IMG/VR virus record: IMGVR_UViG_3300032320_000460
Span: 1-32,144 of that record
Direction: 5' to 3' (one strand)
DNA length: 32,144 nucleotides
Origin: a virus
Taxonomy: Duplodnaviria; Caudoviricetes
This document shows, piece by piece, positions 1 through 8,900 of the stretch. Each line of letters opens with the position of its first letter. The first letter of the stretch is position 1. Both the position numbers and the translations under genes were made by a program. The notes beneath the pieces were generated by a model. The model had not been told where the DNA came from. It saw only the letters and a list, made by a program, of their open reading frames with translations, and searched no databases.

Positions 1-123
1 CAAACAATGATTTAAAACCGAAGGCATCGGATTTGCCATTTTAATTATGAATTACGAAGAAGCAGTACAAGTGTTAGTTAATGCAATAGCAGTAGCACAA
101 AACAAAGGCGCATTTACTTTAGG
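1..123 (+). repeat. Terminal direct repeat (left copy), probably circular assembly overlap
   Basis: 1-123 is identical to 32022-32144; it cuts through two ORFs. Confidence 0.95.
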
Positions 124-205
124 AGATGCAAAGGTAGTGATTGATGCACTACAAATTGTAAAACCAGAACTATTTGTTCAACAAGCCGAAGAAGTAACAG
201 AGTAG
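47..205 (+). CDS. Small helical hypothetical protein, 52 aa (MNYEEAVQVLVNAIAVAQNKGAFTLGDAK...)
   Basis: Read manually: ATG at 47 follows the SSB-like stop, TAG at 203-205; not in the ORF track. Confidence 0.75.
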   Translation: MNYEEAVQVLVNAIAVAQNKGAFTLGDAKVVIDALQIVKPELFVQQAEEVTE

Positions 206-212
206 TAACTAT

Positions 213-239
213 GGGTGGTGTAAAAAGCCACCCTTTTTT
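213..239 (+). terminator. Conserved hairpin element / intrinsic terminator, copy 1
   Basis: GGGTGGT-GTAAAAA-GCCACCC followed by T6. Confidence 0.7.
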
Positions 240-248
240 AAAACCATT

Positions 249-815
249 ATGCAAGAAACAACAAAAGAATTATGCTATTACGCATCACAATTATATCACA
301 CAGACAGAGTTCCATCAGATATTATATACGATAGAATTTTAAATAGCCAATCCAGGTTAAAAGAAGTCGCACAAGCGAAGCAATTAGTTGGGTATATGTT
401 ATACAACCATTTAGGTTATACGCTTCAAAATGTGGCTTATGAATTAAACTTAATAAATCATTCAACTATTATCTACTGGTTGGATAAAATACAAGTTCAA
501 CTTCGCACCAATAGAAGAATGCAATACAGATACGATTACATGAAAAATGTATTGCGTGGAGAACAAAAAGAAATTATAAGACAACCATCAAGTGTTGCAA
601 ATAGGAATGAATTAACAGAAGCAGATATGCAGTTTATTAAGTCAAACTTTAATAATGGTTATAGTGTTTCATATTATGCAGATGTATTGCGCAAGAATAG
701 ACAACCAGTTAAAAAATACTTTCAATTTTTGTTAAAAGAAATAACTATATTTAGCGCACCGAAAATACATAGGTTTCGGACATCAAGTATTAAATCACAT
801 TCAATAGATTATTAA
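249..815 (+). CDS. DNA-binding protein with DnaA C-terminal (domain IV)-like HTH plus a second HTH-like segment
   Basis: AKQLVGYMLYNHLGYTLQNVAYELNLINHSTIIYWLDKI resembles DnaA domain IV (PRQIAMYL...SLPEIG...DHTTVLHA). Confidence 0.7.
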   Translation: MQETTKELCYYASQLYHTDRVPSDIIYDRILNSQSRLKEVAQAKQLVGYMLYNHLGYTLQNVAYELNLINHSTIIYWLDKIQVQLRTNRRMQYRYDYMKNVLRGEQKEIIRQPSSVANRNELTEADMQFIKSNFNNGYSVSYYADVLRKNRQPVKKYFQFLLKEITIFSAPKIHRFRTSSIKSHSIDY

Positions 816-816
816 A

Positions 817-1500
817 ATGAAAAAAACTTACTACTTTCAGCACGACTTTGAAGCAATTAGCGACCCTAAAATTCAATACATATTAGCAAAGTTTGGTGGC
901 ATCGGATATGGGTTATGGTGGAGAATTGTAGAAATGCTACACCAAGAAGAAGATAACAAGTTACACCATAAGGAATACTTATATTTTGCATTAGGAAATC
1001 AATTACAATGCGAACCAGGTTTAGTTAAATCATTTATTCAATCTTGCATTGAAGATGTTGAACTTCTTGATAGTGATGGAGAATACTTCTGGAGTGAACG
1101 AGTTTTAAAGAATGTAGGTAAAATGCAAGATTTAAAACAAAAGCGTTCAGATGCTGGTAAATTAAGTGCTGAAAAACGTGCTGATAATCAACAAGTTGCA
1201 ACAAGTGTTGAACAAGTGTTAGCATGTGTTGAACAAAATCCAACAAAAGAAAATAAAACAAAAGAAAATAAACAATATAGTAATCCGAGTTTAAGTGATG
1301 TTGTTGATTTTTTTGTTGAAAATGGTTACACTTCTAAATCTGCTGAACAAGCGTATAATTATTACGAGCAAGGTAAGTGGAGTGATAGCAATGGCAACAA
1401 GGTTAAGAACTGGAAACAAAAAATGCGTGGTGTTTGGTTTCGTGATGAATACAAGATTAACAAACCAACAATGGCTAACTTCTCTTTACCTATAAACTAA
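817..1500 (+). CDS. Replication initiator / replisome organiser (DUF4373-like N-terminus)
   Basis: YFQHD...DPKI...GYGLWWRIVEML N-terminus; repetitive linker encoded by iterons; C-terminal PSLSDV...YY..GKW....KVKNWK domain; upstream of the helicase. Confidence 0.8.
   Translation: MKKTYYFQHDFEAISDPKIQYILAKFGGIGYGLWWRIVEMLHQEEDNKLHHKEYLYFALGNQLQCEPGLVKSFIQSCIEDVELLDSDGEYFWSERVLKNVGKMQDLKQKRSDAGKLSAEKRADNQQVATSVEQVLACVEQNPTKENKTKENKQYSNPSLSDVVDFFVENGYTSKSAEQAYNYYEQGKWSDSNGNKVKNWKQKMRGVWFRDEYKINKPTMANFSLPIN
1186..1272 (+). promoter_or_regulatory. Probable replication origin: ~11-bp iterons (AACAAGTGTTG-like, TGTTGAACA quasi-palindromes) followed by an A-rich tract
   Basis: Tandem iterons inside the initiator gene, as in lambda O; IHF-consensus AATCAAcaagTTG at 1186-1198; ACAAAAGAAAATAAA x2 downstream. 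Confidence 0.7.
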
Positions 1501-1823
1501 TGAAAAAAGAAATAGCAATAGAACTCAAGGCGTTTGCAAAAGTAGTTGAAGAACGATTTAGTAAACCAGATAGAGAAATGAATTTCAATAATGAGAAGTT
1601 TGAAGTTCAAAAGATAATACCATCAAGCGACCATACTGCTTCGGTAGTGTTTAAGAAAACATCTGGTAAGTTAGGTGTTGCATTCTTTTATTATCAACCA
1701 AAAGGAGTTGGTAAAGGTTGGAAGTATTTTTTTCCTACCGATAGCCACATTACTGGAATGAGGGCGTTTGAATATCACAAACTAAATGCAGAAGAATTTA
1801 ACTTTGATAAAAATTTTATTTAA
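1500..1823 (+). CDS. Hypothetical protein
   Basis: 107-aa ORF, TAATG-coupled to the initiator. Confidence 0.7.
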   Translation: MKKEIAIELKAFAKVVEERFSKPDREMNFNNEKFEVQKIIPSSDHTASVVFKKTSGKLGVAFFYYQPKGVGKGWKYFFPTDSHITGMRAFEYHKLNAEEFNFDKNFI

Positions 1824-1828
1824 GTTTG
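1821..1828 (+). promoter_or_regulatory. Bacteroidota-type -7 promoter box (TAAGTTTG)
   Basis: Matches TAnnTTTG, 17 nt upstream of the helicase ATG. Confidence 0.45.
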
Positions 1829-1845
1829 CATAAACCTAAAACAAA

Positions 1846-2853
1846 ATGATAAAAAAACTAATTGACTTTGAGAATGAAATTTTGGCATTTCATAAAGAAG
1901 GTATTCAGAAAGGCGACTATTGTGGCTTTGATATACTTGATGAATACTACACCAGGAAATCTGGCAGTATGACATTCATTCTTGCTTCGCCACATTCTGG
2001 TAAAACCGAGTTCAACTTGGAGATACTATTAAACCTTTCTTTACTATACAACCAAAGACATATTCTATTTACACCAGAAACTGGCGACTATAAAGACATT
2101 GCAAAAGAACTTGTATCGAAGTATTGTAAGAAGCAATTCTTTGCAAGTGATTTTGAACATTGCACCGAAGCCGATATATATAGTGCTATCAACTTTTTAT
2201 CAGATAAATTCTTTATTGTAGATAACGATGAAAATAGTTTTACGTTTGATGACATCATAAACCAAACAAAGCAATTTGAGTTGGATAACAAAGTGAAAAT
2301 AGACAATATTCTATTTGACCCATATAATGAGATAAAGCACGATATGAAAGATTATGCTGGTAGACAAGATTTGTACATCGAAGATGCTATTGGTAAGTTA
2401 AGAAGATATGCAAAAAAGGAGAATAAGCACATCTTTATTTGTATGCACCCACAAGACCAAGCACCTATAACAGAAAATGGTGTTACATTCTATCCACCAC
2501 CACACCCAAGACAATCTGCTGGTGGTCAATCGTTCTTTCGTAAAGCAATGGCATTCATCATTCTTTGGCGACCACCACAAGGTTTCATTGATAGCGAAAC
2601 ACAACAACCATATGAGCAAAACGAAACACACATACACATTGCAAAGGCAAAGCCAAAAGGTAGTGCAAAGATTGGTAGATGTAAACTATACTTTGATTGG
2701 AAAAAGAATAGATTTTATGAACGCAAAGATGATGGTATTTACTTTGGACTTGAAGCTAAAGCAAAACGTGAACGTAATGTAGATGCTGGTAACTTGGAAT
2801 TGTCTGCATTAAAAAATACATTTGGTAAAGAATTTAACGAAGCACCTTTTTAA
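1846..2853 (+). CDS. SF4 (DnaB/T7 gp4-like) replicative helicase, no primase domain
   Basis: Walker A ASPHSGKT; LFTPE; ILFDPYN (Walker B); CMHP; SAGGQSF; HIAKAKPKG. Confidence 0.85.
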   Translation: MIKKLIDFENEILAFHKEGIQKGDYCGFDILDEYYTRKSGSMTFILASPHSGKTEFNLEILLNLSLLYNQRHILFTPETGDYKDIAKELVSKYCKKQFFASDFEHCTEADIYSAINFLSDKFFIVDNDENSFTFDDIINQTKQFELDNKVKIDNILFDPYNEIKHDMKDYAGRQDLYIEDAIGKLRRYAKKENKHIFICMHPQDQAPITENGVTFYPPPHPRQSAGGQSFFRKAMAFIILWRPPQGFIDSETQQPYEQNETHIHIAKAKPKGSAKIGRCKLYFDWKKNRFYERKDDGIYFGLEAKAKRERNVDAGNLELSALKNTFGKEFNEAPF

Positions 2854-2854
2854 T

Positions 2855-3178
2855 ATGAGCAATCACAAAAACCATTTAAACAATTTACAAAAACAACTTG
2901 AAGGATTAAGATACTTTCAAGATGAAAGATTAAAACTTCTTATGCTTGGAATTGACTTGCAAATTATCAATCGTGATTTAGAAGATTTGAAAGGATATGA
3001 TGAAACTATTGATGAAGCATCTGAACTAACTACAAAAGCAAAGGAGTTATTTGATACTGCTTTTGTTAGATACGAAGCAGCAATCATTCAACTTGACATT
3101 GTTAGAAACGATGCAATGGCATTATGCGAATACACAAAGGATTTGGAGAAACAATTAGAAGCACATAAAGAATTGTAA
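2855..3178 (+). CDS. Coiled-coil hypothetical protein
   Basis: ATG at 2855 right after the helicase stop is preferred over the track start at 2822; helical heptad pattern. Confidence 0.65.
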   Translation: MSNHKNHLNNLQKQLEGLRYFQDERLKLLMLGIDLQIINRDLEDLKGYDETIDEASELTTKAKELFDTAFVRYEAAIIQLDIVRNDAMALCEYTKDLEKQLEAHKEL

Positions 3179-3570
3179 TGAAGAACGCTGAAGATATTGT
3201 TCAACTTGCAGTTGTAAACTATTTGCGTTTAAAATATCCGAAGGTAAGGTTCATGGCTAACTACCTTTCTGGTGCAAGGTTACCGATGTATTTGGCAAAG
3301 AAAGCTAAATCTCTTGGACAAGCAAGTCAAGGAACACCAGATTTGTTCATCTTTTTCAACAATGGTAAATACACTTCATTGGCAATAGAACTAAAGGCAA
3401 CTGGCAAAACACCCTTTAAAAAAGATGGAGTGTTGAAAACTGATGACCATTTGAGTAAACAAAATGAGTATATATGCTATCTAAATACTATTGGCTTTTA
3501 TGCTACCTTTTGCGTAGGCATTGATGAAGCGATAAGTACAATAGATAGATATATGGCAAATGAACTTTGA
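3178..3570 (+). CDS. VRR-NUC / PD-(D/E)XK nuclease (possible Holliday junction resolvase)
   Basis: EDIVQ...GTPDLFI...IELKA...SKQNEYI...GFYATFC.G motifs. Confidence 0.85.
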   Translation: MKNAEDIVQLAVVNYLRLKYPKVRFMANYLSGARLPMYLAKKAKSLGQASQGTPDLFIFFNNGKYTSLAIELKATGKTPFKKDGVLKTDDHLSKQNEYICYLNTIGFYATFCVGIDEAISTIDRYMANEL

Positions 3571-4105
3571 TAAAATAATATCAGAACACTATAACAACAA
3601 TGAAATAGTATCTTTTTTTAAGAAGATAGCTGGAGATTGGTGGCAAGAATTAAGACAAGATGTATTCTTAATACTATGTGAATACAATAAAGACAAGATA
3701 ATTGATATGAATAACAAGAAAGCACTAAAATTCTTCATTGTTCGTATTACATTAAACCAATATCGTAGTAAAAACTCTAAATTCTACTACCAAAATATAA
3801 AAAATAATAACTTGGGTATTGCATTAACCAATGATGATATGGTTAAAAGTGCTGATGCAATACTATATTCTAATCAGATTTACGATACACAAGGAGAAAG
3901 CGCATACGAAATTATAGAAAGGCGCATACAAAATGTAGAAAATGTGATAGAAGATTTAAGATACTTTGAACGTGAAGTCCTAAAATTATATTTAGAGTTA
4001 GGGACTTATAAAAATGTATCACTAAAAACTGGTATTCCAATACGCACAATAGCTAATGGAGTTAAGAATGCAATTTTAAACGTAAAGTCAAATATAAATG
4101 AATGA
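3560..4105 (+). CDS. Phage sigma-70/ECF-like sigma factor
   Basis: Region 2-like ELRQDVFLILCE...KFFIVRITLNQY; region 4 HTH LRYFEREVLKLY...YKNVSLKTGIPIRTI. Confidence 0.75.
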   Translation: MNFDKIISEHYNNNEIVSFFKKIAGDWWQELRQDVFLILCEYNKDKIIDMNNKKALKFFIVRITLNQYRSKNSKFYYQNIKNNNLGIALTNDDMVKSADAILYSNQIYDTQGESAYEIIERRIQNVENVIEDLRYFEREVLKLYLELGTYKNVSLKTGIPIRTIANGVKNAILNVKSNINE

Positions 4106-4394
4106 ATTATTATTAGTGCTTGGTTCTGCTTGTGTAGGATTTAGCTTTGCAGAAGTATCTGGAGTTCCACAAGTGTTCTCAAGATGGTTATTAAGTCAAT
4201 TTAATATTGGTAAAAACGTAAAGGGTTATCAATACGTTAAAGTCCCTTTAAGAATTAAACCATTTGATTGTGGTTATTGCCTATCGTTTTGGTTTGGTTT
4301 TATTGCTGCACTACAACAAACAAATATTTTAACTTCGCTAATGATTGGATTTGGTGCATCAATCGTAGCTATCTTATTTAAAAAATTATTATGA
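4098..4394 (+). CDS. Membrane protein with CxxC (DUF1360-like)
   Basis: Hydrophobic segments around KPFDCGYCLSFWFG. Confidence 0.65.
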   Translation: MNELLLVLGSACVGFSFAEVSGVPQVFSRWLLSQFNIGKNVKGYQYVKVPLRIKPFDCGYCLSFWFGFIAALQQTNILTSLMIGFGASIVAILFKKLL

Positions 4395-4687
4395 TGAATT
4401 ATTTAAACAAAGCAATTTTAAAAAAGAACGAAGAACATTGGATTACTTTGCGTGATGCAGATTACATTAAGAATTTAGATGCTTCAGATATTGAAGAACT
4501 ACAAAAAGTTTATCAACAAGAAGTAGATGCAAATTTCTTTGTAAACAAGTGGTGCAACTCTTGTGTAGCTGAAATGATTAGAACATTATATTTGGCTACC
4601 GAGTATGATAAACAAGAAGAAGTAATTGTAGTAGAAGAAGAAGTTAAAGAAGAAGTTCAGAAAACTACTCGTAAATCAAAAAAGTAA
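4391..4687 (+). CDS. Hypothetical protein (WCxxC motif, acidic/basic tail)
   Basis: 98-aa ORF overlapping both neighbours. Confidence 0.65.
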   Translation: MMNYLNKAILKKNEEHWITLRDADYIKNLDASDIEELQKVYQQEVDANFFVNKWCNSCVAEMIRTLYLATEYDKQEEVIVVEEEVKEEVQKTTRKSKK

Positions 4688-5424
4688 TGCCAGTATTCAA
4701 GTGTTCTAATGGTAAGTGGCGTATAGGTAATTCGGATTGTATATATGATACCGAAACTAAAGCCGAAGAAGTTTGGAAAGCATTACTTGCGAAAGGTATC
4801 TATGCAGAAGAAACTTATGATGATTATCCACAAGCAGCTACCGAGAATGCTAAACGTGCTATTAAGTACGCAGAAGAAAATGGTTGGGGTTCTTGTGGAA
4901 CTCAAGTGGGTAAAGTTCGTGCAAGTCAATTAGCAAATCGTGAACCTATATCAAGAGATACGATTGCAAGAATGAGTGCATTTCGTAGACACCAACAAAG
5001 TAAAGATACTCCTTATGGAGAAGGTTGTGGTAAATTGATGTGGGATGCTTGGGGTGGCGATGAAGGTATTGATTGGGCAGAACGTAAATTAAAGCAAATA
5101 GATGCAAAATTTGCTGCTTCAATCGTTTCATTTGACTTTGATGACACACTTACAATACCTAAATACCAGGACATTGCAAAACGATTAATTGAAGGTGGAG
5201 TTGAAGTTCATATTGTAACACGAAGACAAGAAAGCGCAAACGAAAAAGTTTTTAAACTTGCTTCAGAACTTGGAATATTAAGAAGCAACATACATTTTAC
5301 GAATGGTAAGATGAAATGGGAATACTTAAAGCGTTCAAATATCCAAGAACACTATGATAATAATAGGAAAGAGATAGATTTAATCAATAAGAATACCGAA
5401 GTAAAAGGTATATGGGCGCAATAA
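4687..5424 (+). CDS. Multidomain protein: small N-domain + conserved phage head-associated domain + HAD-family phosphatase
   Basis: C-terminal VSFDFDDTL (DxDxT), IVTRR, K, HYDNN HAD motifs; central DYPQAA.ENAKRA...VGKVRASQLA...WDAWGG domain. Confidence 0.65.
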   Translation: MPVFKCSNGKWRIGNSDCIYDTETKAEEVWKALLAKGIYAEETYDDYPQAATENAKRAIKYAEENGWGSCGTQVGKVRASQLANREPISRDTIARMSAFRRHQQSKDTPYGEGCGKLMWDAWGGDEGIDWAERKLKQIDAKFAASIVSFDFDDTLTIPKYQDIAKRLIEGGVEVHIVTRRQESANEKVFKLASELGILRSNIHFTNGKMKWEYLKRSNIQEHYDNNRKEIDLINKNTEVKGIWAQ

Positions 5425-5561
5425 ATATTAATGCACTTCAAGAAATTCAAGCACTTATAGAAGTTCTACGAGAATTGGAGGATATTGATACGCTTGGGAA
5501 TGGAATAAGTATTAAGGTTAAGATACTAAATAGAATAGATAGTTTAATTGATACGTTGTAA
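5412..5561 (+). CDS. Small hypothetical protein, 49 aa (MGAININALQEIQALIEVL...)
   Basis: Fills the gap; its stop TAA overlaps the ATG at 5561. Confidence 0.6.
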   Translation: MGAININALQEIQALIEVLRELEDIDTLGNGISIKVKILNRIDSLIDTL

Positions 5562-6055
5562 TGGATATTAAATTAATCAAACCAAACCCAAACAACCCAA
5601 GAGTGATACGAGATGCTAAATTCAAGCAACTTGTGCGTTCAATCCAGGAGTTCCCAGAGATGTTGGCATTGAGACCAATAGTTGTGAACGAAGATATGAT
5701 AACACTTGGTGGTAATATGCGACTTCGTGCTTGTATTGATGCTGGATTAACTGATGTTCCAGTAGTAATTGCAAAAGGTTTAACTGAAGAACAACAACAA
5801 GAGTTCATAATAAAAGACAATGTAGGATTTGGAGAATGGGATTGGGATGACTTGGCAAATAATTGGGATGAAGCAAACTTAAAACAATGGGGACTTGATT
5901 TCCCGATGTTTAACGAAGGCAAAGTTGAAGATGAACAAGATACCCAACTATTCGTAAAGGTTTCAATAGAAGCCACCAATGATACCTTCATCGAGATGAA
6001 TGAGAAGTTGCAGAACCTATGCGATGAATACAACGTAATTATGAAGGTAAAATGA
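5561..6055 (+). CDS. ParB/Srx-like N-terminal domain protein
   Basis: NPNNPRVI...LVRSIQEF...RPIVVN...LGGNMRLRAC...IIKDN..FGEWD. Confidence 0.85.
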   Translation: MDIKLIKPNPNNPRVIRDAKFKQLVRSIQEFPEMLALRPIVVNEDMITLGGNMRLRACIDAGLTDVPVVIAKGLTEEQQQEFIIKDNVGFGEWDWDDLANNWDEANLKQWGLDFPMFNEGKVEDEQDTQLFVKVSIEATNDTFIEMNEKLQNLCDEYNVIMKVK

Positions 6056-6321
6056 AGAAGCACACTAAACTTTATCTTAAATTCTTTGGATTTGATGAAA
6101 GCGACTTCATACCTTGCGAGATTTGTGGTACTGGTGCAGTAGATATACATCATATCGAAGCACGAGGAATGGGTGGTACAAAGAAAGCAGATACGATTGA
6201 CAATCTTATGGCATTATGTCGTGAACATCATTTAGAGTTTGGCGACAAGAAGCAACACAAACAATACTTATACAACACACACGAATTTTATATTGAATTA
6301 AGAAAACGAGGTCAATTATAA
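6052..6321 (+). CDS. HNH endonuclease (terminase-associated, HK97 gp74-like position)
   Basis: CEICG...DIHHI...DNLMALCREHH; just upstream of TerS. Confidence 0.85.
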   Translation: MKKHTKLYLKFFGFDESDFIPCEICGTGAVDIHHIEARGMGGTKKADTIDNLMALCREHHLEFGDKKQHKQYLYNTHEFYIELRKRGQL

Positions 6322-6443
6322 TGGCAAAGAAAGCAACTGCATCGAACAAACAAGTATCGTTTGGTAAACGCAAAGTAGGTAAGGCAAAGAAGCACAAGAA
6401 TAAGCGTGATGATGCAAAGAAGTATAAAGGTCAAGGCAGATAA
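6321..6443 (+). CDS. Small, very basic protein, 40 aa (MAKKATASNKQVSFGKRKVGKAKKHKNKRDDAKKYKGQGR)
   Basis: TAATG-coupled to the HNH gene; read manually. Confidence 0.65.
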   Translation: MAKKATASNKQVSFGKRKVGKAKKHKNKRDDAKKYKGQGR

Positions 6444-6467
6444 TAATAAAGAGAAAACAAAGAAGAT

Positions 6468-6842
6468 ATGGCTAATAATGAAAACTTAATACCAATAAAG
6501 CCAGGCGAAACAAGAAATCCGAATGGTAGACCAAGAAAGTATGTTTCACTACTTCGTGAACAAGGATATAAGTTAAGCGAAGTCAATGATACAATACAAG
6601 TATTAATATCAATGACAATAGATGAACTCAAAGAGGTTTACACAAATCCGAAAGCTACGATACTTGAAAAAACTATCGCAAGTGCAATCAGAAAATCAAT
6701 CGAGAAAGGTAGCTTATATTCTATTGAAACTTTACTTACAAGAGTATATGGCAAACCTAAAGAACAAGTTGATTTAAACGCTTCTGGTGGTATGGAGATA
6801 AAGGTAGTATATAGCGATGGAAGTAACAATAGAACTGAATAA
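6468..6842 (+). CDS. Terminase small subunit (DUF5681-like N-terminus)
   Basis: KPGETRNPNGRPRK motif, LLTRVYGKPKEQVD; overlaps TerL. Confidence 0.7.
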   Translation: MANNENLIPIKPGETRNPNGRPRKYVSLLREQGYKLSEVNDTIQVLISMTIDELKEVYTNPKATILEKTIASAIRKSIEKGSLYSIETLLTRVYGKPKEQVDLNASGGMEIKVVYSDGSNNRTE

Positions 6843-7980
6843 ACCACACGATGGACAACGTGCAGTATTGGAAAGCGATGCGAGGTTTAAGGTTCTTATG
6901 TGTGGTCGAAGATGGGGCAAATCTTTAATTAGTAAAAATATATCAATAACCGAAGCACTAAATGGTAGAATTACTGGATATGTTACACCTACTTATGCAC
7001 TTGCAAAGGTATTCTTTGATGACATTGCAAAGATTATACCAACAGAGATAGCAACTGCTAACAAATCTGACTTGACTTTCAAGTTTATAACTGGTGGCGA
7101 GATACGTTTTTTTACTGGAGAACGCTTGGATAACTTTCGTGGTTTACGTTTACACAATGTTATCATTGATGAAGCAGCATACATACCACATTTACAAGAT
7201 GCGTGGAACAACGCAATAAGACCAACGCTAACCGACTTTCAAGGCAAAGCCATATTCATATCTACACCAAGAGGTAAAGATTTCTTCTATGGCTTGTATT
7301 TGCGTAATGAGGGAGATTGGCAATCATTCAAATATACAACCTATGACAACCCACATATTAAAACTCAAGAGATTGATGAAGCTAAATCTTCACTACCTAA
7401 AGCAGCGTTTGAACAAGAGTATATGGCAAACCCAGCAGAGAATGCAGCTAATCCATTTGGTATTGACTTTATTCGCCAAAACATTTCGCAAATATCCAAT
7501 GGCATCGCTACTTGTTATGGTATTGACCTTGCTAAATCTTACGATTATTCTGTTATACTTGGGTTTGACCACAATGGCTACGTTTGTCATTTGGATAGGT
7601 TTCAGTGTGATTGGTCTACTACGAAAGCAAAAATACGACAATTAGGCAAAGCACCGAAGTTGATTGATGCTACTGGTGTAGGCGACCCGATTGTAGAAGA
7701 ACTACAACGTGATGACCATTTGATAGAAGGGTTTAAGTTTACAAGCACAAGCAAACAACAACTGATGGAAGGATTGGTTACATCTATTCAGCAAGGTGCT
7801 ATCAAATACCCAGATGGTATTCTTGTAGATGAACTATCAATCTTTGAATATGTATATACTGCAAATGGTGTCAAGTATTCAGCACCGAATGGAATGCACG
7901 ATGATTGTGTGTGTGCATTGGCATTGGCAAACAAGATATTTATCAAGTCGCAATCGTTTGGTAAATACTCTTTGATTTAG
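6817..7980 (+). CDS. terL: Terminase large subunit
   Basis: GRRWGKS Walker A, IIDEAA Walker B, ISTPRG, GIDLA and HDDCVCALALA nuclease motifs. Confidence 0.95.
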   Translation: MEVTIELNKPHDGQRAVLESDARFKVLMCGRRWGKSLISKNISITEALNGRITGYVTPTYALAKVFFDDIAKIIPTEIATANKSDLTFKFITGGEIRFFTGERLDNFRGLRLHNVIIDEAAYIPHLQDAWNNAIRPTLTDFQGKAIFISTPRGKDFFYGLYLRNEGDWQSFKYTTYDNPHIKTQEIDEAKSSLPKAAFEQEYMANPAENAANPFGIDFIRQNISQISNGIATCYGIDLAKSYDYSVILGFDHNGYVCHLDRFQCDWSTTKAKIRQLGKAPKLIDATGVGDPIVEELQRDDHLIEGFKFTSTSKQQLMEGLVTSIQQGAIKYPDGILVDELSIFEYVYTANGVKYSAPNGMHDDCVCALALANKIFIKSQSFGKYSLI

Positions 7981-7991
7981 TATCTTGCAAA

Positions 7992-8186
7992 ATGAAGAAT
8001 TTAGCATTCAAGTTTTTTGATGAAATGAAAGCTGGTCAAGTAGTTGCAATCAAAGAGATAGCAAAAAAAGACCCAGAAGCATTTAAACAATACCTAAAAG
8101 ATTACATTGACTTGGGTGGCAACATAACTATCTCAAGCGATTGGAAGAAGTTTCGCAAAGATAGCGACCCAAAAGATTTTATATAG
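7992..8186 (+). CDS. Hypothetical protein
   Basis: 64-aa ORF between TerL and a terminator. Confidence 0.6.
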   Translation: MKNLAFKFFDEMKAGQVVAIKEIAKKDPEAFKQYLKDYIDLGGNITISSDWKKFRKDSDPKDFI

Positions 8187-8211
8187 GAACATAGCGTATG
8201 TTCCTTTTTTT
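8185..8211 (+). terminator. Intrinsic terminator
   Basis: AGGAACATA-GCG-TATGTTCCT + T-run. Confidence 0.8.
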
Positions 8212-8234
8212 GTTTACTTATATTTAATAATATG
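8199..8234 (+). promoter_or_regulatory. Late promoter motif TGTT-N16-TATATTTA-ataat-ATG (leaderless)
   Basis: One of five identically spaced copies. Confidence 0.7.
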
Positions 8235-8900
8235 AAGCATTGGAATAATATCACAATAGAGGACTACCAATTCATTTATGGTATAATCATTGATGAAAAT
8301 TTAACCGACTTTGATAAAGAAGTTAAACTTGTTGCATTTATAAATGGACTTAATGAAGAAGAAGTAGATAACTTATCTATTGAAGCATTCAAAGACCTAA
8401 AGGCAACAATGAGTTTCTTGCACGATGGAGAAATTGAAGGCAAAGTTAAGAATATCATAAAGGCAAATGGTAAAGAGTATGCGCTATCATTAGATGCTTT
8501 TAAGATTACTTATGGTCAATATGTAGATTTGACTTCTTTTATGAGTGCAGATGGTGGATTGTTTGGCAACTTGCATTCTGTTATGGCATCAATAGCAAGA
8601 CCAATTAAAAGAAATTGGTATGGTGCAAAGGTTGTGCAAAGTTATGGAAGCAGAGATTACAACGAAGTAGCAGATGATATGTTGAAGGCGAATTTTTCTG
8701 ATTGCTACAATACTTGTGTTTTTTTTTGCAAACTTATGAACGACTTAATAAAAAGTACAATTCGTTATTCGATAAAAGAGTTGTTGAAGAACAAGAAGAT
8801 AACGAAGCACCAGTTGAGAGAAATGTTGAAACCTTTGGAGAACGATGGGGTTGGGTATTCCAAGCAGAACTTATTAAGGGATTTGAGGGCATTAAGTTAG
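8232..8900 (+). CDS. Tail assembly chaperone (gpG-like)
   Basis: WNNITIEDYQ N-terminus, ITYGQYVDL; contains a T9 slippery run leading into the overlapping -1 ORF. Confidence 0.65.
   Translation: MKHWNNITIEDYQFIYGIIIDENLTDFDKEVKLVAFINGLNEEEVDNLSIEAFKDLKATMSFLHDGEIEGKVKNIIKANGKEYALSLDAFKITYGQYVDLTSFMSADGGLFGNLHSVMASIARPIKRNWYGAKVVQSYGSRDYNEVADDMLKANFSDCYNTCVFFCKLMNDLIKSTIRYSIKELLKNKKITKHQLREMLKPLENDGVGYSKQNLLRDLRALS

Noticed and set aside
4824-4832. Perfect DnaA box TTATCCACA
   Set aside because: Single, intragenic and far from either iteron array; compatible with chance
5561-6055. ParB-like gene as a plasmid-prophage partition system
   Set aside because: No ParA, no obvious HTH or parS; typical stand-alone ParB-N domain near terminases
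6052-6321. HNH as a mobile homing endonuclease
   Set aside because: Short, with no extra DNA-binding domain, and next to TerS; fits a packaging-associated nuclease
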